A stretch of 40,506 nucleotides of DNA from an uncultured Methanosarcinales archaeon. GTDB lineage: Archaea > Nanobdellota > Nanobdellia > Woesearchaeales > CAZKBD01. This document shows, in pieces, positions 1 to 8,276 of this stretch. The stretch lies in NCBI GenBank assembly GCA_964550945.1, contig CAZKBD010000007.1, forward strand, positions 1 through 40,506, given 5' to 3'. Below the pieces are notes generated by a model, which worked only from the letters and a program-made list of their open reading frames with translations, was not told the origin of the DNA and made no database searches. The first letter of the stretch is position 1, and each line of letters starts with the position of its first letter. The position numbers and the translations under genes were made by a program.

Positions 1-201
1 GCTTCGGAACATAGAGATATGTCTCTCCTCCTCTCTTCCTTATCTCAGCTTTCTTTTTTGCTAATTCCATAAGCCTTGTTTTTTCTGCTGCCCATTGGTC
101 TATATCTTCCTGGCTCAGCCTCACTTTTTTGTTCAACTGAGGCACATATAAAAAGGTTTCATTGCCCCATTTTCTTATTTTCGCGTTGTTTCAATTTTCA
201 T
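1..201 (-). pseudogene. AbrB/MazE-like small protein with two tandem motif copies; apparent 1-nt frameshift near 186; runs off window start
   Basis: GGTGA RBS then ATG at 201 gives MKIETTRK*. The shifted frame reads AKIRKWGNETFLYVPQLNKK...KAEIRKRGGETYLYVPK, paralogous to the 214..411 ORF. Confidence 0.5.
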
Positions 202-213
202 AGGGTCACCGAT

Positions 214-411
214 TCAATGCCTTTTAGCCAATTCGTCCATCTCTTTTTGTTTCAAATCCTCAACATCTTTTCCAAATTTCAAAAAGACACCATGCCTTGC
301 ATAAGTATTGAATCTCATCTCTTTGTTCAGCTTAGGGACATACAAAAAGGTTTCATTTCCATGCTTTGTTATTTTTGCTTTTTTCATACTTTTCCTCCTT
401 TCATTCAGCAT
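214..411 (-). CDS. small basic protein, AbrB/MazE-like N-terminal motif
   Basis: KAKITKHGNETFLYVPKLNK; GGAGG RBS before internal MKKAK, which is the likelier start. Confidence 0.6.
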   Translation of the reverse strand: MLNERRKSMKKAKITKHGNETFLYVPKLNKEMRFNTYARHGVFLKFGKDVEDLKQKEMDELAKRH

Positions 412-769
412 ATTTTTTGATAATTATCAACATTTTAGGAAAGTCTGAATTTTTAGTCACAGCATGAAGTGAGCAGTCTTCTTCTTCAAACCTCACCCTA
501 CATAACTGCCCAAAATACAAATGATTTGATTCTATGCATTTATCCAAATCAAAATTAACCAAGAGGTTTACATCATCTTCTGTTTCTGTAAAATCATCCC
601 CCTTCCTTAGGTTTTCAAAATCATATTTATCAAGCCTGTCAAAAATAATTTCAACGTTAGGGATGGTATCTGAGTAAAATCTTAACTTTTTGCAGTCTTT
701 ATCCAGCAATATCGATTTGCTAAAGGCAAAGGTTTTATCTGATAATTTTGCATTAATTTCTGCTTTCAT
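401..769 (-). CDS. hypothetical protein
   Basis: 122-aa ORF with GGAGG RBS, in a packed minus-strand cluster. Confidence 0.7.
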   Translation of the reverse strand: MKAEINAKLSDKTFAFSKSILLDKDCKKLRFYSDTIPNVEIIFDRLDKYDFENLRKGDDFTETEDDVNLLVNFDLDKCIESNHLYFGQLCRVRFEEEDCSLHAVTKNSDFPKMLIIIKKYAE

Positions 770-923
770 GAAATGCCTCCTTTAATTCGTATAATTTATC
801 AAAAATAATGTCTAGATAATCCTTTACAAGACCAGCCCTAGATTCAAGGTCCTTTAATTGTTTCCTGAGCTGGTCAACGCCATTTAAAACCAAGGACCAT
901 TCATCCTCATTGGATAGGCTCAT
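753..923 (-). CDS. 56-aa hypothetical helical protein (not in ORF track)
   Basis: Hand translation MSLSNEDEWSLVLNGVDQLRKQLKDLESRAGLVKDYLDIIFDKLYELKEAFHESRN*; TATA-like TTTATATA about 25 nt upstream. Confidence 0.6.
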   Translation of the reverse strand: MSLSNEDEWSLVLNGVDQLRKQLKDLESRAGLVKDYLDIIFDKLYELKEAFHESRN

Positions 924-983
924 TATGATAACATAGATTATTCTTATATAAATATTTTTGTGAACAAAATATTCCTAAAGGAA

Positions 984-1256
984 TTATGTAATATTCTCAA
1001 TCCCAACATCCTTTAATGATTCATTTAAGTCCTTATACCTTTTATTCTGCTTAAGCCATACCTTAAAAACTAATTCCTTGCCTAACCAGAACATCAGATG
1101 ATTGTCAAAAACTGGTTTGCCCTCAAATATGCCCTTATCATGTATGTACTCTATCCTGTCGCAGAATATCTTGCTTTTCATTTCTGTATTCTTATGGCTA
1201 ATTAAAACATTTAACCCTGTTTTGCTTTCAATTATGTCCTTATTCTTTTTTACCAT
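984..1256 (-). CDS. hypothetical protein
   Basis: 90-aa ORF starting 3 nt after the upstream stop. Confidence 0.65.
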   Translation of the reverse strand: MVKKNKDIIESKTGLNVLISHKNTEMKSKIFCDRIEYIHDKGIFEGKPVFDNHLMFWLGKELVFKVWLKQNKRYKDLNESLKDVGIENIT

Positions 1257-1259
1257 AAT

Positions 1260-1583
1260 TCAGATAACCTCAATAAACCCTTTTCTTGGCTCATGTATTG
1301 ATCCTGACTTCTTCAGCTGGCCAATAACGAATTTGATATTTTTTCTGTCAATACGCTTATTCTTCTTTGCTTCAGCTTCAATATTGTTGATGGGAACTAA
1401 TGGCCCTTGCAGATCAATTAGATGGTTGATTACATTTTTTGTTACAGCCATACCCTTGCTGTCTGCTTTATTTAGCTGAAGATATTTCTGTATGTGACTG
1501 TTGTCAATCCTTATTTCAATAAACTCTTTTACCAATTTCAACTCTTCCAAATCGTCTTTATCCAAGTCTAATATCAGTTTCAT
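1260..1583 (-). CDS. small protein with MCM C-terminal-like winged helix
   Basis: C-terminus IGQLKKSGSIHEPRKGFIEVI resembles the archaeal MCM C-terminal wing (LKxxGxIxEPRxG). Confidence 0.6.
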   Translation of the reverse strand: MKLILDLDKDDLEELKLVKEFIEIRIDNSHIQKYLQLNKADSKGMAVTKNVINHLIDLQGPLVPINNIEAEAKKNKRIDRKNIKFVIGQLKKSGSIHEPRKGFIEVI

Positions 1584-1592
1584 ACGAATCCC

Positions 1593-1910
1593 CTACGTCA
1601 ATTCAATTAATCTGGCCCCTAATTGGCAGTGGATACTGAGCTCAGGGCATCTGTTATGCTTTTTGGACCACTCAACTATTTTCTTGCATTTTTCTCTGAA
1701 TTTGGTATCATCCTTGTCATTAGGATTAATCATTATCTTGAACACATCTCCGCTGCTGTATTTTTTTGGATTTTTAGGGCATCTATCCTCTAATAATATG
1801 TATCTCCTAGTAATCTCTTTTATATGGTGCTGTGTGAAATAATCCCTAATCGAGACTTCTGCATCTCCAAATTCTTTAAGCATCTTTTTCTTCATTCTAC
1901 TTACCTGCAA
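1593..1910 (-). CDS. hypothetical protein
   Basis: 105-aa ORF in the operon-like cluster. Confidence 0.6.
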   Translation of the reverse strand: MQVSRMKKKMLKEFGDAEVSIRDYFTQHHIKEITRRYILLEDRCPKNPKKYSSGDVFKIMINPNDKDDTKFREKCKKIVEWSKKHNRCPELSIHCQLGARLIELT

Positions 1911-2037
1911 GCTCCTTTAATTTCTCTATGCTCATATCATCCAATCTCTTGCCTATCTTCCTGTATAACTGCACCCTTTGGTATTCCTCCCAATCCTTGG
2001 TCATCCCAAGATCCAAAATCTTGCCCAACAAGCCCAT
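1897..2037 (-). CDS. hypothetical small protein
   Basis: MGLLGKILD... start just after the upstream stop; the longer ORF-track call overlaps the neighbour. Confidence 0.45.
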   Translation of the reverse strand: MGLLGKILDLGMTKDWEEYQRVQLYRKIGKRLDDMSIEKLKELAGK

Positions 2038-2053
2038 TTTAATACATCCACTA

Positions 2054-2497
2054 TTATTTTCTCTTTTCTGGATAATTTTTTCTTTTTGATTTTTTCTCAC
2101 TTTCATTTATCTGCTTGATTTTCTTTTTTACCAGATCAATAGCAGCTTTCTTGTTATTCTCAATCTCTTCTATAACTTTGTCAGAAACCTTTGCTTTCAG
2201 TTTAGACAGGCTCTTTTGGATTTCCAGCAGTTCTTTGCGGTCGTTTGTAAACTCAATCCGGCTTTTGAGAGTGTAAAAATAATCTTTTATATGGTCCAGA
2301 ACATTATCTTTTTTTGCATAATCGAAAATATCCTCAAAAAAACCGGGTTTCTCTGCAGCTTCCGTTAAAGTGAGGCTTTTCATTGGATAAAGATTATCCA
2401 AGGTTTTTTGCTTTTCATCATTCTTCTGCTCAGATTGAGAGCTGATAATAATATTCTCGCTGCAATTTGGGCATTTTGCCTTTATTGTTATTTCCAT
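2054..2497 (-). CDS. hypothetical protein with N-terminal CPNC and coiled-coil tail
   Basis: GGTGA RBS before MEITIKAKCPNC at 2497; first gene of the cluster. Confidence 0.65.
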   Translation of the reverse strand: MEITIKAKCPNCSENIIISSQSEQKNDEKQKTLDNLYPMKSLTLTEAAEKPGFFEDIFDYAKKDNVLDHIKDYFYTLKSRIEFTNDRKELLEIQKSLSKLKAKVSDKVIEEIENNKKAAIDLVKKKIKQINESEKKSKRKNYPEKRK

Positions 2498-2671
2498 TTT
2501 TATCACCCTTCCTTTTTCTAAATCAGCTTTTGTTTCAGGAAAGATGAGCATATATTTAAACCTTTCTATATTTTTTATAGACAATTCCATAAGATTTATA
2601 TACAAGTAGCTATTTACTAACTAAATATTTATATAATTTGAGTAATTACAACCTCATCAGGGGGTGTTTTG

Positions 2672-3247
2672 ATGCAGAAAGTGATGATATCTACACTATG
2701 GGAAGCTAATGTTGTGCCTATAGTGATCTATAAGCTGACTCCTTCTAAAGTTATCCTGGTTACTGATGATAATTCAAAAAGGAAAAAAGCATCTTCTGAC
2801 TTAAAAAAGCAGTTTCCTAATGTCAAGTTTGATTCTGTCAAAGTGCATGAGTTTGATGTTCCTGAAGTCACTAAGAGAATAATTGAGGCTGCCAAAAAAG
2901 AAGAGGGAAATGAAATTTATATCCATGTCACAGAAGGAAGAAAAACAATGTTTTTAGGCGGCATTTTTGCTGCTTCTATGCTGAAAGATAAGACAAAAGG
3001 CGCTTTTTATCTAAGGGAAGACAATAATGAGCTTATGAATGTGCCTTTGATGGAGTTCAAGATATCAGATACAAAAGCTAAAATCCTAAAAGAATTAGGT
3101 AAAGGCAATCGTAAAGTAGCAGATATAACAAAAAAAGCAGATGTGCATAGAAGCCTGGTATATGCAGCTATAAAGGATATGATAAATTCTGGCTTATTAA
3201 CAGCAGACTGGAAACTGACTGATGCCGGCAAGATTGCGGTGATGTGA
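2672..3247 (+). CDS. CARF domain + winged HTH regulator (Csa3-like)
   Basis: Rossmann-like KVMISTL...SKVILV; CARF motif IHVTEGRKTM (cf. DITGGRKxM); C-terminal wHTH; GGGGTG RBS. Confidence 0.8.
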   Translation: MQKVMISTLWEANVVPIVIYKLTPSKVILVTDDNSKRKKASSDLKKQFPNVKFDSVKVHEFDVPEVTKRIIEAAKKEEGNEIYIHVTEGRKTMFLGGIFAASMLKDKTKGAFYLREDNNELMNVPLMEFKISDTKAKILKELGKGNRKVADITKKADVHRSLVYAAIKDMINSGLLTADWKLTDAGKIAVM

Positions 3248-3609
3248 AGATGAAAAAATCTAAAAAGATGCAAAACACGGAAAGGGAATTTTCTCAGGTA
3301 ATTTCACTTATTCAAAAAGCCAAAGAAAAGGCAATTTGTTCTGTTAATGCGGAACTAATCTCCTTATATTGGAATGTAGGAGAATATATCAGTAAAAAGG
3401 TCGGATCTGCGGAATGGGGGGAAGGGATAGTTGACAATTTAGCAGAATATATCCAAAAAAAAGAGCCAGAAATAAAAGGCTTTAATCGGCGTGGGCTCTT
3501 TAGGATGATGCAGTTTTATTCTGAATATAAGAATAATAGAAAAGTGTCTCCGCTGTTGACACAACTTAGCTGGAGCAATCATCTTTTGATATTATCCAAA
3601 ACTAATTAA
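3244..3609 (+). pseudogene. YhcG/DUF1016 N-terminal domain only (nuclease domain missing)
   Basis: VNAELISLYWNVGEYI, WGEGIVDNLA, GFNRRGLFRMMQFY, LSWSNH; stops at 121 aa. Confidence 0.8.
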
Positions 3610-3611
3610 AA

Positions 3612-3636
3612 ATGACAACCCTAACCTTTTACTGCG
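3612..3636 (+). repeat. remnant of MBL nuclease gene 5' end (copy 1)
   Basis: ATGACAACCCTAACCTTTTACTGCG (MTTLTFY) versus ATGAAACTAACCTTTTACGGCG (MKLTFYGG) at 5768. Confidence 0.7.
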
Positions 3637-3656
3637 AATCACATTTTGCAGAAAAC

Positions 3657-3686
3657 TTTAAATATATGTCCTAATTAATAGGACAT
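3657..3686 (+). promoter_or_regulatory. TATA box plus palindromic operator of MNT-HEPN operon 1
   Basis: TTTAAATA followed by ATGTCCTA-ATTAA-TAGGACAT (3666-3686). Confidence 0.65.
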
Positions 3687-3698
3687 TTGGACTAAAAA

Positions 3699-4205
3699 AT
3701 GGGACAAATAGAAACTGTTTTTTTTGAAAATCCGGCTCAGGACTTCCACATACGGGGCATTGCGCGCATGCTGAAGATCCCTAAGACTACGGTAAGCTAT
3801 CAGGTCAAGCGCCTCTTAAAGGAGGAGCTGATCGTAAAAAATAAAAAGAGCGTTTTCCCAAGTTTTCGGGCCAATGAAACCAGCGAGATATACAGGTTCT
3901 GCAAAACGCAGGAGTTCTTGAAAGAGCTTGTCTGCTCAGGCGTGCTTGATCATCTCGAAAGAGAATTGCATCCAAGGTGCATTATCTTGTTTGGGTCGTT
4001 TGCAAAGGGGGAATATGGCAACAAAAGCGACATAGACCTGTTTGTGCAGTCAAAAGAGGCAACCATAAATATAGAGAAGTTTGAGAAAAAACTGAGGCAC
4101 CATATCCACATCTTATTTGAAGCTGATACAAACAAATTGTCTGCAGAGCTTCTCAACAATATTGCTAATGGCATTAAGCTAAGAGGTTTTCTCAAGGTAA
4201 AATGA
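3699..4205 (+). CDS. wHTH + minimal nucleotidyltransferase (MNT antitoxin)
   Basis: N-terminal HTH (HIRGIARMLKIPKTTVS); FGSFAKGE..SDIDLFV (GS-x10-DxD). Confidence 0.88.
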   Translation: MGQIETVFFENPAQDFHIRGIARMLKIPKTTVSYQVKRLLKEELIVKNKKSVFPSFRANETSEIYRFCKTQEFLKELVCSGVLDHLERELHPRCIILFGSFAKGEYGNKSDIDLFVQSKEATINIEKFEKKLRHHIHILFEADTNKLSAELLNNIANGIKLRGFLKVK

Positions 4206-4627
4206 AAGAGATAATGGACTGGGATATCTGCCTGAACGAGCATATAAAGAAAGTTGAGCCGGATACTGAGAAGATTGGATCGATAAGGAAGATGTGCAGC
4301 GTACGCCTTAGGGTTGCGCAGCAGGTTGCTATCGATGATGAGACTGCATCTGTTGTTGCCGAGGACTATTATGAGATTATCAAGGAATTGCTGGTTGCTT
4401 TATTGCTTAAGAACGGGCTTAAATCAGACAACCATGAATGCCTTATCTCTTTTTTTAAGAATATGTTTCCTAAATATAAATACGAAGCCCAAACAATACA
4501 TCAATTAAAGAATGTCCGAAATAGGGTTTCTTATGACGGTATCTTTGTGAAGAAAGAGTATATCATCAGCAATAAGCTGGAGTTTGAGCACATCATCGAG
4601 ATTTTGGATGGGCTATTGGAAAAATGA
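4202..4627 (+). CDS. HEPN domain protein (toxin)
   Basis: YYEIIKEL..A, SDNHECLI, RNRVSY; ATGA-coupled to MNT. Confidence 0.8.
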   Translation: MKEIMDWDICLNEHIKKVEPDTEKIGSIRKMCSVRLRVAQQVAIDDETASVVAEDYYEIIKELLVALLLKNGLKSDNHECLISFFKNMFPKYKYEAQTIHQLKNVRNRVSYDGIFVKKEYIISNKLEFEHIIEILDGLLEK

Positions 4628-4647
4628 CATCCCTGATCTTTTACGGT
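4624..4647 (+). repeat. remnant of MBL nuclease gene 5' end (copy 2)
   Basis: ATGACATCCCTGATCTTTTACGGT (MTSLIFYG), ATGA-overlapping the HEPN stop as at 5768. Confidence 0.65.
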
Positions 4648-4663
4648 TATTCAAATCAAAACC

Positions 4664-4704
4664 TTTATATACTAACGGTGTATAATCATACACTATAGGT
4701 GTAT
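4664..4704 (+). promoter_or_regulatory. TATA box plus alternating GTGTAT/ATACAC/GTGTAT operator of MNT-HEPN operon 2
   Basis: TTTATATA, then half-sites at 4678, 4688 and 4699. Confidence 0.6.
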
Positions 4705-4708
4705 AGCA

Positions 4709-5290
4709 ATGCTTACAGAAAAAGAAAAAAAGATTTTAAGGCTTTTGATAGCTTCTCCTGGAATAGATTATTCCATAAACCAGATAGCAAAGGAGTGCTC
4801 CCTTGCCCCTAATGGCGCCTATAAAATACTGTCTAAATTCGAAAAGCAAGGAATACTAGAGCCAAAGGCAATAGCCAACATAAAATCTTACCATATCAAC
4901 TTTGAAAATGCAAAAACTGCATTAATTCTGGAATTAGCCCTAATACCTGCAATTGAAGGCAAGGTAAAATACCGCCTGAATGACTTAGCACAATTGAAAG
5001 ATGTAACCAAAGCCTGCATCTTGTTTGGCTCTTATATCGAGCCAAAGAAAGATCCTAATGACATGGATGTTTTGTTCATGATTGATAAAAAGGATTATAA
5101 AGAATACAAAAAAAAGCTTAGAGAAGCAGTTGTTCCTGTAAAAATCCATGATGTAGTGCAGACTCAATCTGACTTATTGGCAAACATAAAAAGAAAAGAC
5201 AATGTAGTGCTGGACATACTTAAAAAAGGAATAGTTTTATGGGGGCAACGAGAAATAGTTGAGGTAGCCAAAAATGCAAAGCAAGATTGA
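4709..5290 (+). CDS. wHTH + minimal nucleotidyltransferase
   Basis: YSINQIAKECSLAPNGAYKIL HTH; LFGSY...NDMDVLF. Confidence 0.85.
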   Translation: MLTEKEKKILRLLIASPGIDYSINQIAKECSLAPNGAYKILSKFEKQGILEPKAIANIKSYHINFENAKTALILELALIPAIEGKVKYRLNDLAQLKDVTKACILFGSYIEPKKDPNDMDVLFMIDKKDYKEYKKKLREAVVPVKIHDVVQTQSDLLANIKRKDNVVLDILKKGIVLWGQREIVEVAKNAKQD

Positions 5291-5771
5291 AAAATGCCTT
5301 AAATCAGGGTTAGTTGGTGAGCGCCACAAGGGATTAAGAAAAATAGAGCCTTCTGAAGAACGGATTATTGGCCATATATCCAAGGCTATGCACAATTACA
5401 AGGCAATGATATTTTTCCAAAGAAATGGCTTTTCTGACTGGTCTGCTTCAGCTGCATTCTATTGTTTGTATCACTCGCTTTTAGCTTTGATTGCGAAAGA
5501 AGGTTATGAATCAAGAAACCAAAGCTGTACTTTTGCATTAGTGGAACAGATGATAGAAAACGGCAAAGTTTCATTAACAAAAGATGAGCTTAAAGAGATA
5601 TTTGACGCTGATGTTACTGAAGATTTGGAGCATAGCAGCAAAATATTGGATATAAGGGAGAATATGCAATATTCAATAAAAACAGCTCTTGAAGAGAAGG
5701 AATTTATTGAATTAAGCGAGAAAACAAAAAAGCTTTTTGACAAAATAAGGAAAGATGTTGAGAGAAAATGA
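5274..5771 (+). CDS. HEPN domain protein
   Basis: WSASAAFYCLYHSLLAL, ESRNQ, RENMQY. Confidence 0.85.
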   Translation: MQSKIEKCLKSGLVGERHKGLRKIEPSEERIIGHISKAMHNYKAMIFFQRNGFSDWSASAAFYCLYHSLLALIAKEGYESRNQSCTFALVEQMIENGKVSLTKDELKEIFDADVTEDLEHSSKILDIRENMQYSIKTALEEKEFIELSEKTKKLFDKIRKDVERK

Positions 5772-7120
5772 AACTAACCTTTTACGGCGGAGCCTGTGAA
5801 ATAGGAGGAAATAAGATACTTTTAGAAGACAAAGGAGTAAAAGTCTATATTGATTTTGGGCAATGCTTCCATTTTGGCGAGGACTTTTTCTATGAATATT
5901 TGGAACCTCGAAGTGCTAATGGATTAGAGGTTTACTTTGAGTTTGGCCTTATACCTAAAGTTTCTAAGATTTATAGCGAAGATATGCTGAAATTAACAGA
6001 TTTGAAATATGAAAAGCCAGATGTTGATGGGATTATTATATCCCATTCCCACTCAGACCATAACAACCATCTGCAGTTCATTGATTCTTCTATCCCTGTC
6101 TTTATTGGGCATGGAACAAAAAAGCTTATGGACGTCTATCAATTCCTCTATCCTCAGTTTCAGAACTATGGAGGACATAATGATATTGTTACCTTTAAAT
6201 CAGGGGATAAGCTTAAGATAAAGCATATTGAGATAATGCCTATACATGTGGAGCATTCTGTTCCTGGAGCCTATGGCTTTATTATCAAGACCTCAAAGGG
6301 GAATATTGTCTATACAGGCGATTTAAGGATTCATGGCCCTAAAAAGGAGTATACTGAAGAATTTATTGAAAAGGCTGCCAAGGCTAAGCCTTATATCCTG
6401 CTTTGCGAAGGGACAAGGATGAATTATGAAAGCGAACACAACATGACAGAAGAAGAAGTCAGCGAGAAGGTCAATTCAATAATAAAAAGCTCTAAAGGGA
6501 CTGTTTTTGCTTATTTTTCAATGTCTAATGTGGATAGGTTTAATTCTGTCTATAAAGCAGCTGTGGCTAATAAGAGGATTATGGTTGTTGATACCAGGCT
6601 AGCTTATGTCATGTCGCAGATGAAGGATAAGGTTAATTTTTCTGATCCTTTAAATGATCCTAACATCAAGGTCTATTTTAGGATATCCAAAAGCTGCTCT
6701 TTTAAGGACACTGATTACTATAAATGGGAAAGGGAATATTGTTCTAAGATGATAAACTATAAGGAGATAAAGAAGAATCCTAAGAAGTATGTCATGTTCC
6801 TAGGTTTTTATAAGCTGATGGAATTGGTCTATATCCAGCCAAAGAATGCTGATTTTATCTATTCAATGTCAGAGCATTTCCTTGAAGGGGAAGATAATGA
6901 GGAGATGAGGATTGTTTTGGAGAACTGGATGAAGCACTTTAAGCTAAATTTCCACAAAGCACATTGTTCAGGTCATGCCTCACAAGAGGATATCAAGAAG
7001 ATAGTCACTTCTATCAAGCCTAAGATACTTATTCCCATACATACAGAGAGCGCTGCCAAGTTCAAAGAGTTCCATGATAATGTGAAGATTGTGAAGAATG
7101 GGGAGAGGATAGAGGTATAA
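5768..7120 (+). CDS. MBL-fold beta-CASP nuclease (RNase J-like)
   Basis: GGACEIGGN, SHSHSDH, EHSVPGA, YTGDLR, CEGT, HCSGHA, PIHTE. Confidence 0.9.
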   Translation: MKLTFYGGACEIGGNKILLEDKGVKVYIDFGQCFHFGEDFFYEYLEPRSANGLEVYFEFGLIPKVSKIYSEDMLKLTDLKYEKPDVDGIIISHSHSDHNNHLQFIDSSIPVFIGHGTKKLMDVYQFLYPQFQNYGGHNDIVTFKSGDKLKIKHIEIMPIHVEHSVPGAYGFIIKTSKGNIVYTGDLRIHGPKKEYTEEFIEKAAKAKPYILLCEGTRMNYESEHNMTEEEVSEKVNSIIKSSKGTVFAYFSMSNVDRFNSVYKAAVANKRIMVVDTRLAYVMSQMKDKVNFSDPLNDPNIKVYFRISKSCSFKDTDYYKWEREYCSKMINYKEIKKNPKKYVMFLGFYKLMELVYIQPKNADFIYSMSEHFLEGEDNEEMRIVLENWMKHFKLNFHKAHCSGHASQEDIKKIVTSIKPKILIPIHTESAAKFKEFHDNVKIVKNGERIEV

Positions 7121-7129
7121 CAATGGAGA

Positions 7130-8092
7130 ATGGTTAATATGAAAAAACAAAAGCTAATAAAAGACCTGAAAAAAGACGAAATAGTCAACGATATTTTTGT
7201 GGTCAAGTTCAAAAAACCGGTTGAGCAATACACCAAAGGATATAAATTTGAATTAAGGTTAGGTGATAGCTCCAAAGAGATTATGTATAAATATTGGGGA
7301 CCTAATGATGAGAATAAGGTTAACTCTCTTTATGATGGTATAAAAAAGGATAATGTTGTTTTTATACAGGGTAGAGTAAGTGAATGGAAGGATATTCTTG
7401 ACATTTCTGCCAATGAGCAGCATACAATTAAAGTCCTTTCTCCTGGAGAATATGATATAAGGGATTTTATTAAGGAATCAGAAAAGCCAATTGAAGAGAT
7501 GTGGAATGAGCTTTTTGGTTATATAGAAGCAGTCAAAGACAATGATATGAAAAAGATTTTAGATTATTTCTTTAAAGATGAAAAATTTGCAAAGAAGTTT
7601 AAAGAGTGGCCAGCAGCTATGTATATACACCACGGCTGGATTGGAGGGTTATTAGAGCACACTTTGTCTGTTGTTAAGCTTTGTGATAGCATACAAAAGG
7701 TTCATGATAAACTAAACAGAGAATTATTGATTACAGGGGCATTGCTTCATGATATCGGAAAAATGGACGAATTTGAGGTTAATATTGGAATTAAGGTAAG
7801 CACAAAAGGGATGATGATAGGGCATGTTAATTTAGGAATTGATATGCTGAATAAGGCAATGGACCAGCTAAAAACTCCGGATAAATTGAGATTAAAACTT
7901 ATTCATATAATGATGACGCATATGGGGGATTATGGAAGCAATAAAGTGCCTGCTTTTCCAGAAGCTTTGGCCATATTCCATGCAGACCAGCTTGATGCGA
8001 AAGTGCTGCAGATGACTACAATCAAAGAGGAAGCGCAGACAGAAGATGATTATGTTTATACAAAGGAGTTTGGGAATGTGTATTTGAGATGA
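7130..8092 (+). CDS. yhaM: OB-fold + HD 3'-5' exoribonuclease (YhaM/Cbf1 family)
   Basis: N-terminal OB fold; PAA..HHGWIGGLLEHTL, LLHDIGK, ADQLDA. Confidence 0.88.
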   Translation: MVNMKKQKLIKDLKKDEIVNDIFVVKFKKPVEQYTKGYKFELRLGDSSKEIMYKYWGPNDENKVNSLYDGIKKDNVVFIQGRVSEWKDILDISANEQHTIKVLSPGEYDIRDFIKESEKPIEEMWNELFGYIEAVKDNDMKKILDYFFKDEKFAKKFKEWPAAMYIHHGWIGGLLEHTLSVVKLCDSIQKVHDKLNRELLITGALLHDIGKMDEFEVNIGIKVSTKGMMIGHVNLGIDMLNKAMDQLKTPDKLRLKLIHIMMTHMGDYGSNKVPAFPEALAIFHADQLDAKVLQMTTIKEEAQTEDDYVYTKEFGNVYLR

Positions 8093-8103
8093 TGAGATTA
8101 ATT

Positions 8104-8228
8104 GAACGACAAAAAGCGAAGCAAGAAAGGAAGAAGTTTTCTTACTGCCGAAAGTAAGATAAGTGCTGTAGTTTTTACTTACTTTAATATCAAATAACTG
8201 CCGAAGGCAGATAAGAATTTTGTCGTTC
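8104..8228. repeat. 125-bp MITE-like palindromic element between convergent genes
   Basis: 11-bp inverted ends GAACGACAAAA/TTTTGTCGTTC; internal hairpins TCTTACT-GCCGAA-AGTAAGA and CTGCC-GAA-GGCAG. Confidence 0.5.
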
Positions 8229-8276
8229 GTGGGGGGAATTCCGTAGTTTTTGAGAATTTTTTTGAAAAAGAAGATA

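Noticed and set aside
76..2042. Plus-strand F/L/S-rich ORFs (76..420, 1102..1479, 1501..1842, 1824..2042)
   Set aside because: Antisense shadows of K/E-rich minus-strand genes
4202..5771. HEPN Rx4Y instead of Rx4H as a novelty
   Set aside because: RxxxxY is common in MNT-associated archaeal HEPN families
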